From positions 434,001-498,000 of the forward strand of contig AP026131.1 in the NCBI GenBank assembly GCA_030295235.1: 64,000 bases of DNA, in the 5' to 3' direction. Under the pieces are notes generated by a model, which had not been told where the DNA came from, ran no database searches, and worked only from the letters and a program-made list of their open reading frames with translations. How positions within the stretch are numbered: the first letter of the stretch is position 1; the number at the start of each line of letters is the position of its first letter. Source of the stretch: Fistulifera solaris (Eukaryota). Below are positions 11,792-23,920 of the stretch, piece after piece. The translations under genes were made by a program, and so were the position numbers.

Positions 11792-12334
11792 TTTTTTCAA
11801 AAAACTGGGTCGGAAGAGGTGCGATGACGAGTCGATGACAGAAAGATGCGCTCGCAAAAGAAAATGAGCAAACCAGTGAACAGATCGGAGTCGTCGAAAG
11901 GATTCTAATGAAAAAGAATCTAGTGGTCGCAGAAGAAAATAAGCAATCCGATCCAATGGATACGATTTTAGGTTCTTGTTTGATTTTTTGTGTTACTTCT
12001 TGCCAAAGGTCGGAAGTTTGGTCGAGCCGAGGCAAAAAATAAATGCAACAGTCACCGCACACACGTCAAATGTCTGTCATCTACTTTAAATGCTATTGTA
12101 AACGATTCTTACCGTTAAGACAAAAACGGACAAATCAAATGTAAGCCCCTATGTCACAGAGTACACTCCAGTACCGGTCACGGCAAAATGATTGGTGCGT
12201 CGACGATCGACGATTGATGATTGATGTCACTTCTCCGTGTGACTGTACGAGTACGAGGTCTTCATCATTTGAGAAATTTACAGTGACATTTTTTTGATGT
12301 TTTGTACATAAGTAGTCAGTACCCCGAACTTTAG

Positions 12335-14224
12335 TCCAAACTCCCTAGACCCGCGAGCACTAAATCGGGACATGATGCCTGGTTTCGATACGAGCACTTT
12401 GCTTGGGTACAGAGTCTTCATGTTTCTTTATCTTCGACTTCGGACGGTCCCTATCTAAAGCAGATAGGGCACGTGTGCTGCTTCATTGCAGCATTCGGCA
12501 AAGACTTGCCGCTCCTTTCGAATACAATATGGAAAGTGGCAACCTTGTCATTTGTGATTCTGTATAGCATTCGATTCTGGGCCAAGGCCACAAATTTCAC
12601 CAATCACAACTATTTATTTCCTCTGCTCATGTTCTGGACGCTCCTATCCGGAGGAGGAAACTTATCCGGGCAGGTATTCTACCAGGGCAAGACCAGCACG
12701 CTTCGGGATGATGGTGCTTGTCAAATCGCCATTATTGCCCTCCGCTTCCAATTTGCCGTTGTGTACGGATACGCGAGTTTATGGAAAATGGTACACGAAG
12801 ATTGGTGGGCGGGACGAATTGTAGAAGGGATCTTTGTGTCATTTGAAGAGCAAGGCAGTTCGCGGGGTATTCCTTGGAAGCGGTTGTCGCAAGAATATCC
12901 CCATCTCTTCGTCATGGTTGCGTTTTCTGGTCTCTTGCTGGATTTCAGCATGTTCATTGTGTTGGCCTTCGCGAAACCAAGTCGCGCTACGCGAAACTGG
13001 TTCTTGGCTTTTACTTTGGCGTTCCATCTCTTCACTACTGTTGCCATGTCGAATGTCATCGGATACTCTTTTCCATCGACTTGCATAGCGGGCTTGATCC
13101 TATTCCTGCCTCTCACACAGGTGAAAGACGGCCCTGACTCTTCGGGACATGGCGACGCTGCGTTGGGGCGGTGGTTGAAGTTTTATGCTCAAGAGCTGTC
13201 GAGTAAATCGAGCCGTCATCGGCCACGTTCACTGTTGATCGTTTTCTTTCTGTTTTGCGCGTGGCAATTCTTCATGCCTTTGCGCATGCTGGTCGTGTCG
13301 CAAGGGAATTATCCTTACAATCGTTTGGGGTACCGCTACAGTTGGACCATGATGTTGCACAGTCTAGACTACGGAATTGTACGGCACGAATCCGGTCAAC
13401 CATCGACCCTGCTTTTGTTGAGCTATTTTGTGCCCACGTGCTTCACACCGGATCGCAATGACATATTCATGCCGCGAAGTCTATACTTTGGTCCGGGCTC
13501 AGAGCATCCTATGCAAGACTCTCGAAGCGTGCCGATGTACCAAGTCTTGAGTAAGCGAGAGTCGGCAATGCTTGATGTTTTTCCATCACATCTTATCGCT
13601 CCAGTAGGAGCTGGTGTTGCTAGAGTAATCGATCAATCGGTCGGCCCAAACGCATGTACGGCAAAGCTTGCTAATTATAATCTGCCTGCATCACAGCTTC
13701 GGATGGGAATGCATGCCGTCTATTTTGGAAGACTGAATCAGAATGGCCCGTACTGTCGTATGGTAGATCCAACAATCGACCTCGTTTCCGTAATGGAACA
13801 GCAAGCGAAATTGTCTTACTTTGAGGTCTTGTGGAATGCAGTTTGGGACCGGCGTCCGACAGAATACATGCTTAAAGGTATTGGTAGTATGAGAGAAAGG
13901 TCCTTTTATTATCATAATAAATTAGAAGAAGAGGGCTGGAAGAATGTGCGTATCTTGACTGATCGAGCTGCGTGCCTCTCCGCACGACCCATATGGTTTC
14001 GACCCATGAAAAGAGACTACACGATCAAAGTGCTTGAGTTGCCTCAGAATACCGTAGTCGGTTTACTTGTCGAAAGGTCCATGAGCATTATATTAAAGCC
14101 CGGTGACTCGCATCAAATTCGAGACGTGATGGAGTTTGAAGTATTGATGCCAGTGAAGCATCAATTACCAGCTTGCTCGCAATCCGTCGTTGAAGATACG
14201 CTGATCGCCATTATGTGGAATTAA
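12335..14224 (+). CDS. HTTM-domain / vitamin K-dependent gamma-glutamyl carboxylase-like membrane protein
   Basis: TNHNYL, VYGYASLWKMVHEDW, AFHLFT and GYRYSWTMML parallel GGCX/HTTM motifs. The frame is open back to ~12335; the true 5' end is unresolved. Confidence 0.8.
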   Translation, partial: SKLPRPASTKSGHDAWFRYEHFAWVQSLHVSLSSTSDGPYLKQIGHVCCFIAAFGKDLPLLSNTIWKVATLSFVILYSIRFWAKATNFTNHNYLFPLLMFWTLLSGGGNLSGQVFYQGKTSTLRDDGACQIAIIALRFQFAVVYGYASLWKMVHEDWWAGRIVEGIFVSFEEQGSSRGIPWKRLSQEYPHLFVMVAFSGLLLDFSMFIVLAFAKPSRATRNWFLAFTLAFHLFTTVAMSNVIGYSFPSTCIAGLILFLPLTQVKDGPDSSGHGDAALGRWLKFYAQELSSKSSRHRPRSLLIVFFLFCAWQFFMPLRMLVVSQGNYPYNRLGYRYSWTMMLHSLDYGIVRHESGQPSTLLLLSYFVPTCFTPDRNDIFMPRSLYFGPGSEHPMQDSRSVPMYQVLSKRESAMLDVFPSHLIAPVGAGVARVIDQSVGPNACTAKLANYNLPASQLRMGMHAVYFGRLNQNGPYCRMVDPTIDLVSVMEQQAKLSYFEVLWNAVWDRRPTEYMLKGIGSMRERSFYYHNKLEEEGWKNVRILTDRAACLSARPIWFRPMKRDYTIKVLELPQNTVVGLLVERSMSIILKPGDSHQIRDVMEFEVLMPVKHQLPACSQSVVEDTLIAIMWN

Positions 14225-14341
14225 AGACAGTTCTTTGCTAAATGACTCAGTACGAACTTGTGTAAAATTGTGTCATCTTCAAAATTAAAACTGATTATTT
14301 ACCGGGTATCGAATCTATGTGTGAAAGATCGCTCTTTCTGA

Positions 14342-16671
14342 TTAACGCAAGCTGGTGCTCTTGGAAAACCTTGCTGACTTCACCATATTCGGATCCCGCC
14401 GTGTCGAAAAAGTATGAGATGCGCCGAGATTGGAATCTCCTCCCATTCGCCGCTTACTTTGAGGTGCATCCATTCTAGCCGACATCCGTGCTGATTCTGC
14501 AGGGCTCGAATTCGACGGACGCTGAATGGTCGAGGCAGAACCCGACGTGCCAAGTATAGCTTTAGCTGTGCTTTCTGTCAACCACCATGCATCTAGCGTA
14601 AGCCGGATTCGCCCCGTCTCCAAACCGTTTTTGAAGATTGGAGCGTCTAAGGTGATTGTCTTGACAGGGTCTTGTTCGTCTAAAGGCTGATCATCTGCTT
14701 TGCGTGACTCTGCTGTGAACTGTTGACTTGACTCGTCGCGACGAAACAAATTCATGATGCTTCCCCGTCGTGATGTTCTTTTATCAGATGCGTTAGCTTG
14801 ACTCTGCCGCAACTCACCAGGTGGTCGAAAATCTTTCAAAAGTACTCCTAGATTGTAAGAAAACGAACCCAACACATTATCAGAAGCACTGGGAACAAGT
14901 TTTGAGTTTTTGCAGTCCATAACGGTAAAAAAGACCAGAGCTCCGGTCATATCAAGGGGGCGCCCGTCATTGTAGAATGTTTTGACTTCGGTGTGAAATG
15001 CCTCTCCTTCCCACAAAGGCTGAGCTGTCTGTTTCTGGACTGGTGAATGGGGCCAACCCTGGGGCGTTCTCTCCACAGGGCCTCCCCACTCGTCACTCAT
15101 GATGGAATTATAGTTAGATAAGCAAGGAAAAAGTTTCCTTTTGAGACGCTCCAGTCGACTCGTCGATGATTTAATAGCTTCTTCTGGTATTGAAACTATA
15201 GAAATGTAGGGATTTGGTAACGAACTCCCCACTGCACCCATATTCACCGTCACATCCGAAACAAATAAGTAAAGACGCTCCCGATGAATAGAAGAATGAG
15301 CCAACGGATTGTGACCCATTTGTAGGAAATCACCGGCCATTTGCATGGCAGATCGACGCCTCGCCATTTTCGGTCGAGCGGTCGCTGCCGCCTCATTCAA
15401 TCTTATAGAAAACGCAGCGCGTATCGGTTTGTGGTCGGAAGACTTGAAATCATCTACCGGCTCGTACAGTAAAGGTCGGACGCTATTTTCCAGTAGGTGA
15501 TTCGATTTCCACAGAATTCGGTCTGTATATGACGGTCGTCGCTTTTCGATGTAACTGTATCCCGGTGACCGTTCGACTTTAAAAGTTGGCGGGAAGTTGC
15601 AGAATAAAGTATTGAATCCAACCAAACAGTCTTTGACCCGCAAGGCTTTTTGAAGCTCATCCGCTTGGTTGAGCGTATTCCAGTCTTTTTCTTCAACTAA
15701 TTCTCGGATCTTCTGTCGATGCTCCGCTTCCTGGTTGCCGTGAGCGTAAGCCGGTAGCTCGGTTCGAAAATTCAAGTCGCCCATGACGAAACAATGGTGA
15801 GAGGTCAAACTCGCATCATGAAGCGTAGAACTTGGTTTCGCACCGCCCAGTATGTCGCTGAGAGACGAGCATCGCATCTGGTATTTGGCAGCCCCTTCAT
15901 GAGCTTCCAGATGCGCTGTTAGGAAACTGAGACGAGTTCTTTTATTCACGATCAGTTCAGCAATGATCCCTCCCTTGTTGGCCAAGCCGGCTCTTCCGGT
16001 GTTTTGCGCTTTTGTGTATATAACGTCTACTTCAATGTCACGCTTTTGATGGTAGGCAAAAATCTCCAGTCGCATTTGTCCCCGTTGATAGGATACAATC
16101 CGTTCATAGGACGGCAGTCGTTTCGTCATCATCTCATGCAATACAAAAGTCCCCAAATCCCAATTCGAGTCTGCTACCGCAGCAATCATGGCGGATTCAC
16201 CCGTTTGTCCCGACTCCTTTCCCAGCGCGTCGGCCAGATTCGGTCGGCCTGTATGTCCCGATCGGTCAATGACACTTCTTCGGACCATGGAAGACTTGAT
16301 ATGATCTCGACTTGCCGTGTAGGAGGATAAGTCGTTGACTGCTTTCGCAATTCCCTTTTGCCTTTACGGGGTTTTCGTTTGGATTGCGATCCGCTTTCCG
16401 TCGAAGCGGCGTCTTTGTCGTTGAGATCTTCTTCCGTCGGCGGATCGAATGTAGCTTCTTGCATGCCGATAACAATGAGATCGAACTTATCCTCGTCTAC
16501 ATAATCATCGAATGTGCTGAATTGATCTCGCACGGGATATTTTGCTGGGTACTGCAGAACTTGGTTGCACTGACCGTCCTCGGGCAACCAGAGAGCCATG
16601 CTTTCTTCGTCGGGCTGAGCATTTCCGAGGTTTGCTGAGCATACTAAGATTTGAAATTGTCCGTTCTTCAT
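14342..16671 (-). CDS. Inositol polyphosphate 5-phosphatase with C-terminal C2-like region (frameshift ~16300)
   Basis: Motifs SANLGN, IGMQE, NKGG, AHLEAH, GDLNFR, PSYTDRILW and SDHKPI. Confidence 0.92.
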
Positions 16672-17143
16672 CGTTCCGGATGATTCGCAGATGCTTGGAT
16701 CTTACGAAAAACTAAGAACTGGATCTTCTTTTGCGCTTTTTATATTGTATATATTGTGTTGGGCAGTTGCCAACTGCCAACTCCCTCCAAAACAGAATAA
16801 ATAATGATGAGTGATGAGGCGCTCCCTTTTCGCATGCCTTTTTCATCTCATCGAGGAGGGTCCGCGGTCCGCGGTTGTGCCCTCAACACTCGGAAGTAGG
16901 ACATTGTCTGACGTCACTTCTACACTTTACGGAACAAAAGTCATTTCGGGTCATTTGTGGTCATTGGATGACGAGAGCGTGTCCCTCACAAACTAGTATC
17001 ATCCTTTGTGTAGTCGTACGGCAGGTAAGTCGTCGTCGAGTGTCGCACCTTGATGATTGATGAGGGATGAGGATAAAGATAAAGCATTGGGATAAACTAC
17101 GGATCGGGTTTTCAAGTGATCGATCTTTTGCTGCAAACGACGT

Positions 17144-17222
17144 GAAACGACGTTAAAATTCTGCCTCGCCGTAGGCTCTACGTAGAAACTTGTATTGAGA
17201 GGCAGAATTTTAACGTCGTTTC
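17144..17222. mobile_element. Short TIR hairpin element (MITE-like), copy 1
   Basis: Perfect 24-bp inverted repeats (17144-17167 / 17199-17222) around a 31-nt loop. An inverted copy lies at 63189-63259. Confidence 0.65.
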
Positions 17223-17302
17223 CAGTGTTTGAGCGTTTTTTCTTTTTTTCTTTTCGTGAATGAATGAATAGGTTGCAACCTTGAAAGGCTTTCTTTTCAG
17301 CA

Positions 17303-18771
17303 ATGGTGATGTTTCATGTAAAGAAGATATTATTGCTACTGTTATTGGGCCAGGTGGTCTCTTCCCATGCCGGTTTCCGCTGGGATTGGCTGAAATTCAA
17401 ACGACAGACTCATTCCGAACCCACTCGACCCACGAATCGTGACGTTCCCCAAAATGATGCTTTCTTTCTTCACCAGCAAGCATCTCCTTCTCTGTTGGAA
17501 GATCCACCACACAATTCAGTAGGACGAAGGTCTTATGATGCGACGGCCGTTGCAAAGACTGCGGTGCAGTGGAGTTTGCTTCTCTTTTGGCCCGGTCGAT
17601 CTGGCAAGCGTTCAAAGATGTCGCGGAAGAAATTGCGTCCATGGATGATTCTGAAGATGATTCAAAGTTATTAAAAGTTCCCTTAAGCAAAGTTGGTGGA
17701 AACAAGGAAACATCATTGATTCATCGAATCGCCTGGAAGTTGAGCCAGTGCGGTATTCCCCTGCAATCTTCAACAGAACGTTCGGTCGAGTCGCTCTTAC
17801 AAACACTGACCAAAAATGAAGCGGCATTGCTCGACCAGTGCTTGTATATACCATCGGCACACCCCAAAATTGCTGGCTTTACCGAAATACAAGAAGATCT
17901 TCAATCTATGCTGAATCAGTTTCTTCGACAAGATAACACGAACCAGCATCCCTACTCGAGACTATTTGACGATGACAAGAGTCATCACGTCTTATTGTAC
18001 GGTCCGCCAGGCATGGGAAAGTCACTTCTTATCAAACGACTGGCTACTCAAATTCCAACGGTTTTGTTGACACCCAGTGTCTTGCTACGAAAGTGGGTCG
18101 GTGATACGAATCTGCGAGTTCGAACGCTTTTCACGGCATTGCAAAAACTAGCTCCCGTCATGCTGTGTCTGGACGAAGTGGACGGTTTGTTTCGGGAACG
18201 CCAGCTTCAAGAGCACGAGGTATCGAGGGATTTAAAGACGGAGTTTCTGCAGTGGTGGGACGGTTTGTTATCGGGTGAGAAGATTTGGATTGTCGCAGCG
18301 ACGAACCGACCATTTGAAGTAGACTCGGCAGTGTTGCGCCGTTTGCCTCGCCAGTTTTTCATTGATCAACCAAATCTTGCAGCACGAAAGAAAATGTTAA
18401 GCAACTTGTTAGAGGGATTGCCGCACGATATTGATGTCGAACACGTCGCCCTTCACACCAATGGCTTCTCGGCTAGTGATTTGCGTCGGCTTTTACAAGT
18501 AGCTGCAAAAGGATGCAAGGAAGTCGATACTTATGTAAAAATGACTACAGGTCATGTGTTGGGGGCGTTAGAATTCGTGCAACCTACTCCTCAGACGCCA
18601 GCGTATCGAGCTGCATTGCAGAAATATCTTTCTCCACAGGGACAGCAAGCTCGTTCACCCTACATTGAGCACTATCGAATTGAAGTTGATTTCGAGTGTG
18701 ATTCTGACGCGGATAAAAACGTAGCAGAGGAGGAGGATATCACTGACGATGACACAGATGATGACCCTTGA
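17303..18771 (+). CDS. AAA+ ATPase, MSP1/ATAD1/spastin-like (frameshift ~17588)
   Basis: Walker A GPPGMGKS, pore loop KWVG, Walker B LCLDEVD and SRH AATNRP...AVLRRLP, with an N-terminal hydrophobic signal. Confidence 0.88.
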
Positions 18772-19383
18772 GGCATGCCTAAACTTAGCATACGTTTTTG
18801 GATGTATTCTTGATAGTCTTGTGCAACGAGCTTTCTAGAGACTTGACATTTTGAACCATCAAATTTCTTTTGAAAAAACTCTTGTATAAAAATCTATAGT
18901 CTAGAGAATCTCTATCCCTAGCCCTTATAGCGCTTGAAACGTATATACTGTTTGTTGTACACTGGACTACAAACCACACTTTAAGAAACAGTAAGCGAAG
19001 ACGAAAGAACATAATACTATCTTTTGTACTCATTTCTCTATCTGTTTTTAGCCATGTACATCAAAGAGCTATACATAATTCTCTTTCGGCTTCTAAAAGA
19101 ATTCGCCGTGAGCCGTGACCCATTTCCGTGACCCGTGATTACACTCAAACTCTATAGTAATCAAGGATGGAAGGAGCACAAAGCACTAAAAAAAATCAAA
19201 TGGGACATTTTGAAATTTTGACCTGTTCTGACCTCCAGCAGCAGATTCAGACCGCTCCAGCACCGCAGCAAGAACTTGCACAAGCAACACGCCGCGTTCT
19301 CAACTGTCGATGATTCTCGATTTGTTGTTATTCGTATAAACGATTTCTCCGTCTCTATTGTTACTACAATCAATTAATCATTC

Positions 19384-21024
19384 ATGATGTTTGACAGTCT
19401 CGATGACATCAAGTTGATTCTTGAAGAGGACATGGGCAGCGAAGGAAATCTAAATTTCGACCCCATGGAGGATTTGGATTTCCTTAATGATGACTTGTTC
19501 ACAGACCCTGCACCTAAACTTGCGCCCAGCTCAGTCTCTACACCATCGTTTGGGTCGTCGAGCTTTTCTATGACCAGCTCGATTCCGGAGTCGACGGCGA
19601 ACGCAACGTTCGATTTCAAAACTACATCTGTAAATGCGAATGCAACCTTTAGCTTCAATAATGAGGCACGATTGCCGAAGAGTGGGCTCGGGGGTTATCT
19701 CGACAGCGTCAGCAGAACTCACAATCGTTAGTACAGCGGTCGATGTCTACTTCTTCTATGCGCAATCATCGGTCCCTAGCTGGCAATAACTTCTCATCAT
19801 CTTCGAATGCGACGTTTGAAACGAAAAGTAACAACCCGGTTGCGTCGTTTTTGCAGCGGCAGAACCTGCTCAAAAGAACAACGGGGGAACGCTTCCATGG
19901 CAAAATCCTATTCTATGAATTCTGTACGAAAGAGAAACTTTGGTACGATTGACGAGCATAAGCCGAATGCTACGTTCGACGACCATGAACCTTTGATGTC
20001 AAGAAATTCAATTGCCTCGTTTTTGAAGGCCAAGCAAAGCGGGCCGGCCCTGGGGCGTTCTATCTCTACGTCGCTTATGAAGCCAACTCATCAGGTACTG
20101 CAACAAGCGGATCATACGTCGCATACTCTCAATGCAATCCTTTCCACGCATAACTTAAAAAAGGCTAGGATGGGGTCGACGGAAATGAATGGTGGGGGGA
20201 ACGCCAACTTCGATTTCGACATCGGCTCCCGCTCTTCGACAAATCCCTTCATGAAGACCTTAAGTCAAAGCAATAGTCAAGCACTTTCGTCGTCAAAGTC
20301 ATCTAACCCGTTCATGCAGCAGATGGGTCGGCTTCAGACAAAATCCATGAAAAGCGCGTTTGTTTTCGAGCGCGACAACAAGGAACCTTCAAACCAGAGG
20401 GGAGAAGAAGACATTGAAGGACCCATGGATGAAGCTTTGCTTCACAGTTCGTGCAAACTTTATCATGATAATTTAGCTGTTGTCGAAAGCGCCTTAGGAC
20501 TGGACCCATCTGCGGTGAGACGCTCAATTCCAACATTTTGCAGCCGCCAGTCCAATTCACTGTGGAAGCGATCAGGAAAGGAAGGTAAATATTGCTATCC
20601 TCTCAATATTGCTTTATACTTTCAAGCACCTCTCGATATTATCCGATTGCTGGCCAACGCTGGATCAGATGTGTTGGGATTCAACGACGGTCCAGATGGT
20701 GCCGGGAGTTTAGCTATTGCTATTTCTTGTCACAATGCCTCCTGGCCTGTTGTTCAGTTACTGCTGAGCGTGAATCACACGACCGCATCAGTTGTTGATA
20801 GACTAGGAAATTATCCTTTGCATCGCATCTTACAATCCATGCCGACTGAGCAGACAGTGACTGCGATCTACGAGGCATACCCGGAGGCTTTAACAAAACG
20901 GAACTTTCACGGGAAAACACCTTTGGATTTAGCTGTCCACAACGTTACTTGCCCAGAAGCTGTTGTGAACGCTCTTCAAAGAAGGTCCTATTCTCGAATG
21001 GAGCGCGAGGCTCAACACATGTGA
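19384..21024 (+). CDS. Hypothetical protein: disordered N-terminus plus diatom ankyrin-like helical repeats
   Basis: C-terminal YPLNIAL, GNYPLHR and GKTPLDLA. The N-terminal ORF pieces are joined by frameshifts. Confidence 0.75.
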
Positions 21025-22497
21025 AAAAGTTATCCGACGTTAAAATTTACAGGATTGAAATCAAGAGGATATTGTTGCCTAAATATTGTCGGCTGTATCT
21101 GTTAGAGTTTTAAGACACCACTTTCCATCAGCAGAATAATGGCGTAGGCTCAAGTGGTGATTCGTGTTCATGGTAGACGGCTGCGAGGTCTCGAGTGTCG
21201 TGCCGGTGGTCGCTGGCCTATCAACCGGTTCATGACTAGGCGATAGACGGGCACATAAGCGTAGCAAGGCCTTCTCGTTTTCTCCGAGCCTGCTTTCACT
21301 GAGATTCATGCGTAGCCACGGATCGCACTAGCCAGTCAAATGAGTTGATAAAATAGGAAAGTATTTCTGTTCTACCTGTTCGCTCAGTTCAAAATAGCAA
21401 TCCTGTAAGGATGCATTTAGTTGGCGGAGAGATCTAGACTGGAAATTTAGTGATGTCTTTTTCACATTAAATGTGCGCAATGTTTGACTCTTAAACATGA
21501 ATAGACGTCATTAAAACGATTCTAGTCAAATTACGCAGTACGCAAGATGCATGTACTAATCCCAAGCCCTCAAAGTCATTTTGGTGACGAGAGAGTGAAG
21601 CAACAACTGGCTACTGGCAGCGTTTGTCTTGGGTTGCCTTGAAGTTACTCAGCATGAGTGCGAGCACATGTCCACCGCCTGTTCCCAAGTTTCCTAATAT
21701 CTCCACCCTCCACATCTATATCTTCAGTGAAAGTGATACCTAGCTGGGCGCACTCATGCATTGACAAGAATAGCTAAGAAGTGACATGGCTACATAATTC
21801 TTTTTTTTTAACTTGTCCGTTTAGTATTACTTTTCTACTTGTTAATGACGGAGGAATGGCACTTAGTCCAGTCTTCACTCAGCATGTATCCGGCAAGCTG
21901 TAAGCTCAGATGGCTCAATAGCCGATAGTCTAGCTAATAGCTATAGTGAATGCGATGGACTCTTACCGGGACTTTTTGAAAGCGCATGAAGTCGCACCGT
22001 GTCTCACAGGTCAGGCCGTCATCAGGCCTGAAAAATCATGAGCCAACTGCCTGCCGGATTGCCGGATTGCCGGATTGTGCCGTACCAGTACGTTTTCTAC
22101 GTCGAGAAAATGCAAGGCCATGCACAAAAGGGCCATTTCGACCACAAAGAGGCCGCGAAAGATCTCTTTCAAGGCTATTTTGATTTCCGCTATTGTATGT
22201 TGTGACTGTGAGGCAACGAAACGTGCAAAGCCTCTAATTGGAACGACGAACAATTACCTTTACTTGTAGGAAACGCCAATTTCGACCCTCTTCCAAGGTG
22301 AGTTGAAAAAGCGGAATGAATTCACGTTACAACGTTGTCGTATGATTCTTTTGCCGTGCCAGCAACCTCATAGACATTACACATTACGGATTGGCGACAT
22401 ATTTCGGTGTATGAAATCATGATGCTTTTCATCAGTCCAGCTAACTCAATTTTTCCACATTTATTCTGCAATAGCAGACAAGAACGTAAGATCAAAG

Positions 22498-23847
22498 ATG
22501 TCCGAAACTCCTATTGCAAAGACTGGTCGTAAAGGCGACCCGAGGATGCATCGTGCGGTTGCGGCGCGCCTTGCCAATCCGAATTTGAGCCTATTCCAAG
22601 CTCTGAAAGAAGGAGGTTTTGACTACGCAGATGACGAAGACGGCTCGTGTCTTGACGGTGATAATGTAAAGCTCGGTCAGCGAAAAAATCAGCTCAGTCG
22701 CCGTGTCAGACTGGCTCGAAAACATGATCTAAATGCAAGCGGAGATTCTTCAAACAGAAAGAAAGCCAGAAAAGGCGATGTTGACGAATCTGACTATTTG
22801 AACCAGCAGGCGCTGCTCGAAGAGGAAATGAAGAATATGGATGACATGCAAGAGTCAAACGCACGGACTATCCGAGCAAAGTTTCACCCGGATTATCATC
22901 CGTTAGTCTTACAGCCTCATCTTCGAGCTAGCGCTGCCACTGCCTCCTCTTTTTTCAATACAACCCCTCAATCGACATTCGCTTCGGCTCCAATGTTTTC
23001 TTTTGGGTCGGGTGGTTCCGCAACTGGAGCGTCGGGTGTTGCTGTAGCTTCATTGACAAGAACTGCTTCGAGCATAGGCATGACCTTAGAACAGCTAGCC
23101 TTGGTGTTACAGAATCCCCAGATTTTGGCTCAACTTGTTCAGTCAGCGACGGACGCAACGGCATCGACATCTATGCCTACTGCTAGTCCAGCACGAGCTT
23201 CTTCATCTACTCCAGCTTGGCAATTGACTAGCATAAAGGACATAGCCCTTGCTATATTTCGGAGCAAATGCCGACCCCTTTACGAGGCATCCATGTTACA
23301 AGCGGGTTTTCCCGTTGAGGATACGAAAGAACAATCTCGAAATTATCTACAATTTGCCTGGGAAGCTTGGCAAGATGAAGGAAAGCGTTTGCAGCAGATG
23401 ATTTTTGACGAAACAAACGCCAAAGTTGAATTCGAAGGCATTCATCAAAAACAGGAATCTGCGGACCGTGACCATCATGAGCATGATCACGATCAGGAAA
23501 AGCGACATATCCACCGGTTGGAAGGCAAATGCGGGCACCGAGCCATTCTTCACCAGCCTCCCAATGGCATACCTCACATTGATTTCGTCGTCGGGGATAC
23601 GATCGAATGTTATCAAGGCCATAAACCAAGTCTTCCTATCTGGCCCTCCAAATATAGCTGCCAGGATCTAAGCTGCGAGTTCGATGCTTGTAACTCGGAA
23701 ACGCAATCACTAATGACGCCTATGAATATTCCGGATCCAAAAATCTTCAGGATGGATGAAATCAATATTGACGGAAAGGAGTGGGTGTCCGACTTCAACA
23801 ACGATGAGACGATTGTCGGACTAATAAAACTGGGCGATTCCGTGTAA
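22498..23847 (+). CDS. Hypothetical nuclear protein with basic N-terminal domain and His/Cys-rich C-terminal motif
   Basis: Intact 449-aa ORF with GRKGDPRMHRAVAARL...QRKNQLSRRVR and HHEHDHD...HIHRLEGKCGHRAILH...HIDF. A probable 5'UTR intron lies at ~22298-22474. Confidence 0.8.
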   Translation: MSETPIAKTGRKGDPRMHRAVAARLANPNLSLFQALKEGGFDYADDEDGSCLDGDNVKLGQRKNQLSRRVRLARKHDLNASGDSSNRKKARKGDVDESDYLNQQALLEEEMKNMDDMQESNARTIRAKFHPDYHPLVLQPHLRASAATASSFFNTTPQSTFASAPMFSFGSGGSATGASGVAVASLTRTASSIGMTLEQLALVLQNPQILAQLVQSATDATASTSMPTASPARASSSTPAWQLTSIKDIALAIFRSKCRPLYEASMLQAGFPVEDTKEQSRNYLQFAWEAWQDEGKRLQQMIFDETNAKVEFEGIHQKQESADRDHHEHDHDQEKRHIHRLEGKCGHRAILHQPPNGIPHIDFVVGDTIECYQGHKPSLPIWPSKYSCQDLSCEFDACNSETQSLMTPMNIPDPKIFRMDEINIDGKEWVSDFNNDETIVGLIKLGDSV

Positions 23848-23920
23848 TTGATATGCAAGGATTTTAAGCGATTAAAAAATTTGCTTTTAATGGTGTTTGT
23901 GAATTACTACATACTACGTT

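Noticed and set aside
21652..21759. 11-bp inverted repeat GCATGAGTGCG / CGCACTCATGC
   Set aside because: It is short, occurs once, and the pairing does not extend; compatible with chance.
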